64,000 nucleotides of DNA, taken from a virus. Every line of letters starts with the position of its first letter. Positions within the stretch are counted from its first letter, which is position 1. Shown here piece by piece: positions 57,573 to 64,000 of the stretch. The stretch is from the IMG/VR virus record IMGVR_UViG_3300021171_000010, positions 9,552 to 73,551 of that record, one strand, 5' to 3'. A program made the position numbers and the translations under genes. The notes under the pieces are model-generated. The model was not told where the DNA came from. It saw nothing but the letters and a program-made list of their open reading frames with translations, and ran no database searches.

Positions 57573-57831
57573 GGCGAAAACCTTTCTTATAGAGCTCCTG
57601 AGCGAGTATTGTTGCTGTGCCTAGCACGCAGTCCTCTGACAGGTCCCCAATTTCTCGGTGGAGCAATTCATGAATCAACGTATCAAGAAAATCCTGTGGC
57701 CGAAGGCGAGGGTCAATTATAATCGTGCCGTCCGGTCTGCACAATCCCCAGGTAGGCCGGCCCTTGCCATAGGGATTCTTGCTGAGCTTACGCTCGGTGA
57801 TTTTCCGCACGATTATTCTCGGCGAACTCAT
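57556..57831 (-). CDS. Minimal zincin-like protein
   Basis: 'WGLC...I.IDP.L......TLIHELLH......E'. Confidence 0.65.
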   Translation of the reverse strand: MSSPRIIVRKITERKLSKNPYGKGRPTWGLCRPDGTIIIDPRLRPQDFLDTLIHELLHREIGDLSEDCVLGTATILAQELYKKGFRRVLDV

Positions 57832-58410
57832 AATTGCAGTAGTTGCAGCGATAATCAGTCTGGTTTATGGCAACCGCAATCACCTCCACAACATGCGGAG
57901 TTTTCCGCCGGCACAGTGGGCATAGCGTCTGCCCCTGGATTTTGAGAAGTGGCCCCTGGGGCTGCAACATGGTCAAAGTCCCCGCCGGCGATTGTGGGGT
58001 AGCTTTTTTGCGTGCCATATGTCTTCCGGATTCGATTTGAGGTGACTCGTTTGAATCCGTCATCCCCACCTTCGGTTCGCCATTGTATTTCGTCATAGTG
58101 TTTTCGATATCCCGGCGAGCGGTCTTTATCGCCTTTGCCGGCTTGGTGTGAATCCATCAGCGCGCGGTTCCCGCGGCCTACATTAGCTCTTGGTGGCATC
58201 TTGTGATTCCAGTTCTTTCATCAGCTTGTCCAAAGCTGCTTCGGTTTTTAAGTGAGAATCAATTTCTTGCCAAGTCGGACCAGCTTGACAATAATCTTTT
58301 CGCTGAATATGCTTGGGTCGGTGGACGAGAAAAAACGATGTCCATCCCAAGAGGGTCCGCCACTGCGCGAGTCACCCATAAGTGGCGAACCCAAATCTTC
58401 AGCATTTTCA

Positions 58411-58737
58411 TCAGGCCTTCTTTTCTTCAACCGCCAGTTTAGCGCGCTGTGCGTCTGCCGCTTCAGCGAGAAATTGCTGGCTCGCAGCGATTCGGCTCAT
58501 CAAACCACTGAGCGCGCCAATCAGCGGCTGGTATTCTCGAATCATGGTAATCCAACTGCCGAGCAGCTCGGAGCCGTGAATGAAAAGCTGGTGTTGTAGG
58601 TGCTGCTGCAAGCCGCGTTCCTCTGCCTCTTCGGCAGCGGTCTTGATTTTACGAGCTTGCAGGTCGGAGTAACGTTGAAAAGCTTGCACGAGGGCGAAGC
58701 CTTCATCGCGGGTCATTGGTGTTTCAGTAATTTGCAT
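58411..58737 (-). CDS. Hypothetical helical protein
   Basis: ORF track. Confidence 0.5.
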   Translation of the reverse strand: MQITETPMTRDEGFALVQAFQRYSDLQARKIKTAAEEAEERGLQQHLQHQLFIHGSELLGSWITMIREYQPLIGALSGLMSRIAASQQFLAEAADAQRAKLAVEEKKA

Positions 58738-58773
58738 TGGGAATACACTAGCTTATTGGTGGGGGCCACTCAA

Positions 58774-59565
58774 CTAAAAATTAGGTTTGGGCTTTTTAAC
58801 AACTTCCAGGTCGAGTTTGGCAAGGTTTTTATGGACCTCTTCGCACCGAAGTTCTACGCCCACCACGCGATTATTTATCACTTTTTGAAGATGTTCTCCC
58901 AACTCTTTTAGCTGTTTACTTATCGCTAAAAACTTTTCATCCATTTCATCTAATCGTATGGCTGCGGCGTCTTCCAAAGTTTGAACGCGTTTCTCGAAAG
59001 CCGCGACTTTTTCTTTTAATATTTCAGTATTAGCCCGACGCAATCGAGCAGCATCTGAAATTGCGGCGCCGCGAACCGTCACAATTTTTCTTATAGCTTC
59101 CATGTGTTCCGCGGGAGGAAGCACACCCTTTTCCAAAAGAAGCTGTTCGAATTCTTTCAAAACAGCAGTGAGCAGCGGTTCACGCTCAGCCACATCAAGC
59201 GCCGCATCTGTTCGCGAGAAATTAAACTTGGCCCGGGCCGGCTCCAAACGGTATTTACCAAATATAATTTCCACCATATCAGAAAGCCGAGCCGCATGCG
59301 CTTCCAGGAATTTACCGCTCGCAATGACAATATTATAACCGTGAAGGTTTCGCGATACGCGATGCACACCGTGCACCACCCGGCAGGCACCAAAAATTCC
59401 ATCAAAACGTTGATTAGGCCAGTTCTCTCCACTAGCGGTTTGAAAGATGTGGGTGCTTATGAAGCGCATTTTCGCCATCAAAGTCCAATCCTTAAATGTT
59501 TTACCCCTACGCGAGGCGATAAGGGCTTTCCAGGCCACAGGGTCAAATATTTCTTGCATACCCAT
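58774..59565 (-). CDS. Hypothetical protein with C-terminal coiled coil
   Basis: First - strand gene; ACTGTTA 6 nt upstream. Confidence 0.55.
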   Translation of the reverse strand: MGMQEIFDPVAWKALIASRRGKTFKDWTLMAKMRFISTHIFQTASGENWPNQRFDGIFGACRVVHGVHRVSRNLHGYNIVIASGKFLEAHAARLSDMVEIIFGKYRLEPARAKFNFSRTDAALDVAEREPLLTAVLKEFEQLLLEKGVLPPAEHMEAIRKIVTVRGAAISDAARLRRANTEILKEKVAAFEKRVQTLEDAAAIRLDEMDEKFLAISKQLKELGEHLQKVINNRVVGVELRCEEVHKNLAKLDLEVVKKPKPNF

Positions 59566-59640
59566 CTACCATAACAGTGGCGAGAAGGCTACACAACTCA
59601 AAACTTTAAATTGTAAACGGTAGAAGTTACTATACAAAAA

Positions 59641-59825
59641 TGCCCCACCTACAACACAGGGGGTTGAGTCTGGTAGGCTCGTTCAAAAAGTGAGGTGCAA
59701 TAGGATTTACTGATATAATATATAAAAAATGAAGAGTCGCGTATATTATATCTGGTGTGTATATTATAAATGTCACTTTTTAACAGGTTCTACCAGACTT
59801 AACCCCATGTGTTGTAGGTGGGGCA
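59641..59825. repeat. 53-bp imperfect inverted repeat around an AT-rich 79-bp core
   Basis: 59641-93 TGCCCCACCTACAACACAGGGGGTTGAGTCTGGTAG...AAAAAGTGA is mirrored at 59773-825. Confidence 0.9.
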
Positions 59826-59912
59826 ATATTTTAAGCATATATTATACAGGGGACGGCCCGGCACCAGTTTTTCGTGCTTGGGCTGGCAGCTTTGGTGTTC
59901 GACTGTTAAAAT

Positions 59913-60053
59913 GTGAAGAAGACACCAGAAAAGAAGCTTTTTGAGCGAATGCCCGGAAAACTACAGAAACTCAGCGAAAAGTCCAGACAAGAGCGGCGCC
60001 AAGCTCAGCGTAAGCTGTGGTGGCAGCAACAGAACGGAGGAGTGATTCGATGA
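59913..60053 (+). CDS. Small basic protein (46 aa, not in the ORF track)
   Basis: GTG 4 nt after ACTGTTA; ends in an ATGA overlap with the next gene. Confidence 0.55.
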   Translation: MKKTPEKKLFERMPGKLQKLSEKSRQERRQAQRKLWWQQQNGGVIR

Positions 60054-60784
60054 CTACCCGCGTGGAAAAGGCCCAAGCCCAGGCTGAGAAAGAGCTACGC
60101 CGGCTAGCCCCTGATTTGCCCTCAGGCGCGCCGGACGACCGATTCGATAGAGAGAACGCTTTTCAGCTCTACGCCACGTTCTGCGGTGATGTGGAGCGCA
60201 CAGCACATGCCCTGGGAATTCAGCCGGTGGACGTCTGCCGGGTTGCGGATGAGGGTGCATGGTCCGAGCGCCTGCGTGCCATATTCGCGCTAAAGAAGTC
60301 CACGAAGCCCGGAGACTTGGAAAGGGGCCTCAATCGGGCCATGAATTTTGTGCAGGCCCAGCGAATGCGGCTGTTCATTGGCCGGCTACTGAAGAAATTT
60401 TCGATGATGGATGAGACTGAGCTAGACAACTGGCTGTTTAGCACCGTGGAGCGCCACGAGAAGGGCGAGAACGGCGCTACGATTATCGAGCGTAAAATCA
60501 ATACTAAATCCATATCTGACCTAGCTGCAGCGATGGAGAAATGCCACCAGATGTCATACGCTGCGCTGAACGATACGGCTAGCGAGCGAGTGAACCGCGG
60601 AGATGAGCAGGAGCGTGAGACTAGTGCCACAGAGCTCCACCAGCAGCTCGCCCAGGCTATGGGCCAAGCGGCCGGCGACCAATCCCCACGAGCTAAGCTT
60701 TTCGATGAACAGCTCAAGGTAGGCCAGGACTTGCAGGAGCGGCAACAGCTACAAGCCCAGCTTGACAAGGCGCTTGACCAGTGA
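60050..60784 (+). CDS. Putative terminase small subunit
   Basis: N-terminal HTH-like 'AF.LY....GD...TA..LGI....V...A....W', helical oligomerisation region; preceded by the late-type motif. Confidence 0.45.
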   Translation: MTTRVEKAQAQAEKELRRLAPDLPSGAPDDRFDRENAFQLYATFCGDVERTAHALGIQPVDVCRVADEGAWSERLRAIFALKKSTKPGDLERGLNRAMNFVQAQRMRLFIGRLLKKFSMMDETELDNWLFSTVERHEKGENGATIIERKINTKSISDLAAAMEKCHQMSYAALNDTASERVNRGDEQERETSATELHQQLAQAMGQAAGDQSPRAKLFDEQLKVGQDLQERQQLQAQLDKALDQ

Positions 60785-60890
60785 ATTCTAATTCAGTTAC
60801 TTGTGATAGGTGTGGAGGGTATTTGCCAGGGCACGCGAGCAGCGGCGCCGATATTTGTCAGTGTGAGCCTATTACAGTCTTTAACGTTAA

Positions 60891-60906
60891 CGTTCCACGT
60901 GGAACA
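60891..60906. promoter_or_regulatory. parS-like site (ParB binding)
   Basis: CGTTCCACGTGGAACA; perfect 14-bp palindrome matching the bacterial chromosomal parS consensus. Confidence 0.7.
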
Positions 60907-60975
60907 TTCCGCCGGGTCCGCGGGCTCATGCGTAAGCGAAAATCGAACGGCGCGCGCGAAGTTGCCTTTTGGCTT

Positions 60976-61020
60976 GTGCAAATTTTGCACTAATCTACGG
61001 TCGTGTGCAAATTTTGCACA
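60976..61020. repeat. Two copies of the palindrome GTGCAAATTTTGCAC
   Basis: 60976-90 and 61005-19, 29-bp period. Confidence 0.85.
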
Positions 61021-61349
61021 AGATTTGGGACCGGCCGGTTGCGATAACGTTAAAGTATTGCGCTATCTGCCCAGATGGCGCAACGCCCCAGGTCGGAAGC
61101 GCTCTGGACCAGCAGTTTGGGTTGGCACGGGACCTGCTGCAAGGCTGAGGGCCGCCGGGGGGTCTGCGGCGCCTAGACTTCGCTTAGTGGTAAAATCGAG
61201 AATTAAAAAATAAGCCTCGCGGCCCCCAAATTTTTGTTGAGTGCCCGGGGGCTACCATGCTAGGGTTTTGTCGTGTTGAAGAATTTTTTACTTTGGACGT
61301 TTTACCGGGCCTGCGAGTTGGCTGGTAGACTCCTACTCTGGATAATTTC

Positions 61350-61706
61350 ATGAGGGGAGAATTTAGAGTTCACAATGGTAAGCTGGAAGACCTTCTCCCC
61401 AACGATTCCTGGGAGGCAGTCCAGCAGTCTCTTGAGAAAGCACGCACAAATAGTTTTCGCCATTTTCTCCGATGGTTAAAACATCTCTGGGTGACAAAAT
61501 ATGTCTCCAAGCAAAGTAAATGGGAAAGCTCAGAGACGGTGCTTAGAGTGAAAGGCGCCACTATGCTGGAAGGCTACAAGTCTCCCTGTGAGTGTTGTGG
61601 CCCCGAGCTGCAGGACCAGCCCTCTATTTTTGCTAAGAAACCCACAGTGGTTAGCCCGCACGAACTCGCCATTATTTCTGGACGATTTAAAAACAAAATA
61701 AAATGA
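61350..61706 (+). CDS. Hypothetical protein
   Basis: ORF track; sigma70-like TTGAGT-N18-TAGGGT upstream (61237-61266). Confidence 0.45.
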   Translation: MRGEFRVHNGKLEDLLPNDSWEAVQQSLEKARTNSFRHFLRWLKHLWVTKYVSKQSKWESSETVLRVKGATMLEGYKSPCECCGPELQDQPSIFAKKPTVVSPHELAIISGRFKNKIK

Positions 61707-61807
61707 GCCCTTGGTATCCACTTTTTTACATTCTCATTATGTTTGCCATCGCGGTGGCAATCATTGAACTTTTCCTTGGCCCAGGAGACGGACCCTATGA
61801 CCCCTGA
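61703..61807 (+). CDS. Single-TM micropeptide (34 aa)
   Basis: MSPWYPLFYILIMFAIAVAIIELFLG...; ATGA-coupled. Confidence 0.5.
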   Translation: MSPWYPLFYILIMFAIAVAIIELFLGPGDGPYDP

Positions 61808-61898
61808 ACTACTCGGCGAGTATATTCTGACCGTGGGAGGTTGCATTATTGTGCTTGGCCTCATTGTAATTTTCTGCATCAGCAACTTAATGGACTAA
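61797..61898 (+). CDS. Single-TM micropeptide (33 aa)
   Basis: MTPELLGEYILTVGGCIIVLGLIVIFCISNLMD; TAATG overlap with the next gene. Confidence 0.5.
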   Translation: MTPELLGEYILTVGGCIIVLGLIVIFCISNLMD

Positions 61899-62485
61899 TG
61901 AGCTCAAATCTATTCAAAGCAATCGACAAACGACAAATCGAAAATATTCTCAAACGCGCCCTGAACTATGAGGGCTGGTCTATCCAGGGCTTTGGTATGC
62001 TCCGGCTTTACCTCACTAAAGAAATCCGGCTGCACGTCTGGGACGCTCGTTTCATGGTGCCAAATGTGTCCCTAGTCCACGACCATCCCTGGAATTTCTT
62101 TTCGCGCGTGATTGCGGGGCAGATTGAAAATGCGCGATACTACGTGAGGGAGCCAGACGCCGGCAGTCCAAACTATTTTTTCAGCACTATCCAGTGCGGC
62201 CCAGGTGGGGGAATGCGTTCTGAACCCAAGCTTATCGGCTTGGCCCGGCACCCCTCGCATACTTACATCGAAGGGCAATCCTACAGCCAGGAAGCTTCCG
62301 AGATTCATGACACTGATTATCGGGACGGCACTGTGACGCTGGTAGAGAGAACGTTTAAACAGGACACCGAGCACGCTCGCGTTTTCTGGAAAGAGAGCGA
62401 GCAGTGGATATCTGCTGAGCCGCGCAAAGCTGATGAGCAGGAGGTGGAGCAGATTTGCCATCGTGCGCTTAGCAACTGGTTTTAA
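61898..62485 (+). CDS. Cupin-fold metalloprotein (HDHPW motif)
   Basis: 'RLHVW', 'VHDHPWNFFS.VI.G', distal 'IH'. Confidence 0.65.
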   Translation: MSSNLFKAIDKRQIENILKRALNYEGWSIQGFGMLRLYLTKEIRLHVWDARFMVPNVSLVHDHPWNFFSRVIAGQIENARYYVREPDAGSPNYFFSTIQCGPGGGMRSEPKLIGLARHPSHTYIEGQSYSQEASEIHDTDYRDGTVTLVERTFKQDTEHARVFWKESEQWISAEPRKADEQEVEQICHRALSNWF

Positions 62486-62490
62486 TTTAT

Positions 62491-62604
62491 GGGAGTGTGG
62501 CCAGCCAACTGGGACGGCTGGGGTCCCCGGAGTTTAATCAGCGCTGAGGCCGCGGTCAAGGGACAACTCTAACCGCTTGCGGAGTTCGAATCCCGCCACT
62601 CTCT
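62491..62604 (+). ncRNA. tRNA-like RNA with an expanded, non-canonical anticodon arm
   Basis: Acceptor stem GGGAGTG/CACTCTC, D-arm AGCC/GGCT, T-arm GCGGAG-TTCGAAT-CCCGC; ~55-nt insert in place of the anticodon and variable arms. Confidence 0.65.
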
Positions 62605-62676
62605 TAGTTTTTAGTTACGAATCGAAGTTTTTCGTTACCTTGTTTTCTCTCGCTGCTCGGGGAACTATTATCCCGT

Positions 62677-63180
62677 ATGGCGCTAACTCTTTCCAATCCG
62701 GCCGCGGTGAAAGCCGTAGGCGACTACATGCGGCGAAGTAATGCTTACAATTACCCGCTTGATGCTGGTGTTATTGACCGTCTTGTCGCAGCCGGCGTGA
62801 ATCTGGGATATGGGCTGGATGAGGGAATAGAATCAGCTCCGGATGGCAGCACAGGTAACACGAAGAACGCATTGCAGAACGCCCCAGTAGCTGCCCTGTT
62901 GAAATTGATTCGAAAATATTCGGGCGGCATGGGAGTGAATACGGACCAGACTCCACTAGTCAAAGCGCTGAGACTACTGGACCAGGGCGTAGCCTATGAG
63001 ACGCCTATCGACGTTACTATTTGTCAGCTCGTCAATCAGTATGCTATCGCAGCCGGTTTTTCGACTCCTAGCAATACCGGAAACATTATGCTTCCCCTCG
63101 GCAATGCCCCATACACCACGCTGATTTATCTGCTCTACTGGGTGGGCACCCCCAACGCAGTGAATCCCTACACTTTTTGA
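62677..63180 (+). CDS. Hypothetical (late or virion?) protein
   Basis: ACTATTA 6 nt before ATG; internal repeat (NAPVAALLKL / QTPLVKALRL / NAPYTTLIYL). Confidence 0.55.
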   Translation: MALTLSNPAAVKAVGDYMRRSNAYNYPLDAGVIDRLVAAGVNLGYGLDEGIESAPDGSTGNTKNALQNAPVAALLKLIRKYSGGMGVNTDQTPLVKALRLLDQGVAYETPIDVTICQLVNQYAIAAGFSTPSNTGNIMLPLGNAPYTTLIYLLYWVGTPNAVNPYTF

Positions 63181-63181
63181 T

Positions 63182-63325
63182 ATGACCATGGAACCATCGA
63201 CCGCCCAGGTGCTTTTCAGTATCGTTTTTGGATTGGTTGTTGGCCTCATCGATTTCTCCGCCAAAGCCGCGATTGTTGCGGCAGCGGCCTGCTTCGTCAT
63301 TAAACGATTTAGCCGGCTGAATTAG
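63182..63325 (+). CDS. Small membrane peptide (47 aa)
   Basis: Hydrophobic ORF directly after the previous stop. Confidence 0.45.
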   Translation: MTMEPSTAQVLFSIVFGLVVGLIDFSAKAAIVAAAACFVIKRFSRLN

Positions 63326-63340
63326 TTCAGCTTAAATCGT

Positions 63341-63379
63341 AAAAATCCAGTTGCCTTCCGCGAGGGAGTAGTGTAGGCT
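63341..63379 (+). promoter_or_regulatory. Host-sigma-type early promoter
   Basis: AAAAATCCAG-TTGCCT-N17-TAGGCT; same upstream element as the two - strand promoters. Confidence 0.55.
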
Positions 63380-63395
63380 TTGTTCATAATTAAAT

Positions 63396-64000
63396 ATGAA
63401 AAAGCCGACAAAACAAACAGCAATTAAAATTCTTGAACTTCTCAAGCATGGCCTCACTCACGGTAAAGGCCAACCCGAACCGGGTAAAATGTGCGTGGAA
63501 GCGGCTGTGTGTTACGCTATGGGCTTGCCGCATAGCGACGAGCCGCCTTGCGTAGCTGCTACCGTTCGGTCGTTCAAGATTGCTCTTAATGATTCTTGTT
63601 GGTCCAGTAACACGGCGCGCGCGAACGGTCTGCGGCGGATTGCTATTGCTCAATTAGGTAGCGAGGACATTGACGAGGCTCTCTTTGTTAAAGAGTTGAC
63701 TCGTTTGACAATCAAAAGAATTGTTCCGATTGCTCTCCGAGCCGCGGCAAAAATTCATCCACAAGAGGAGCACAGAATTTCATTAGAACAAGCGGCGCTT
63801 CGCTGTGAGGCGGAAGAAACCGCCGACGCCGCCCGCGCCGCCCACGCCGCCGACGACGCCAACGCCGCCGCCCGCGCCGCCCGCGCCGCCTACGCCGCCG
63901 CCGACGCCGCCAACGCCGCCGCCCGCGCCGCCGCCGACGCCGCCGCCTACGCCGCCGCCGACGCCGCCAACGCCGCCGCCCGCGCCGCCGCCCGCGCCGC
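63396..64000 (+). CDS. Hypothetical protein with Ala-rich degenerate repeat tail (runs off the window)
   Basis: MKKPTKQTA...MCVEAAVCYAMGLPHSDEPPCV...; GCC-rich repeats encode AADAARAAHAADDANAAA from ~63820. Confidence 0.7.
   Translation, partial: MKKPTKQTAIKILELLKHGLTHGKGQPEPGKMCVEAAVCYAMGLPHSDEPPCVAATVRSFKIALNDSCWSSNTARANGLRRIAIAQLGSEDIDEALFVKELTRLTIKRIVPIALRAAAKIHPQEEHRISLEQAALRCEAEETADAARAAHAADDANAAARAARAAYAAADAANAAARAAADAAAYAAADAANAAARAAARA

Noticed and set aside
60781-61213. ORFs 60781-60993 and 60803-61213
   Set aside because: They overlap the palindrome and parS cluster and have no recognisable motifs; coding status is unsupported
61305-61380. GAGTTGGCTGGTAGACTC resembles a tRNA D-arm
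   Set aside because: No matching anticodon stem, T-arm or acceptor pairing

Overview
The window is most of the genome of a podovirus-like dsDNA phage. No terminase large subunit, portal, endolysin or integrase is recognisable, so the genome probably extends beyond the window. Starts mostly lack Shine-Dalgarno motifs and are preceded by A/T-rich sequence, which suggests a host such as a Verrucomicrobia- or Bacteroidota-type bacterium (inference). The + strand from 1 to 34 kb is the morphogenesis region: probable scaffold, a glycosyltransferase/GDP-fucose cassette (fcl, gmd), major capsid protein, fibre and spike proteins, a holin and lipoprotein, tail proteins, a GNAT, ejection proteins and a 2636-aa modular polyvalent protein. 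The - strand from 34 to 59.6 kb carries replication and early genes: phosphoesterase, RuvC, sigma factor, primase-helicase, PolA, DUF2800-like nuclease, SNF2-like helicase, nucleotide-metabolism genes, RNA ligase and five HNH-AP2 endonucleases. A strand-switch control region at 59.6-61.3 kb holds a 53-bp inverted repeat, a near-consensus parS site and tandem palindromes. The highlights are: (1) a candidate virion fucosylation system inside the head module; (2) an ejected polyprotein whose effector domains are delimited by a repeated xQ[FY]xP linker; (3) a phage sigma factor with a candidate ACT[AGC]TTA promoter driving nearly leaderless mRNAs; (4) a small exported early protein carrying a copy of a major-capsid motif; (5) a tRNA-like RNA with an expanded anticodon arm; (6) the parS site. 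All protein calls come from motif recognition by eye, not database searches.
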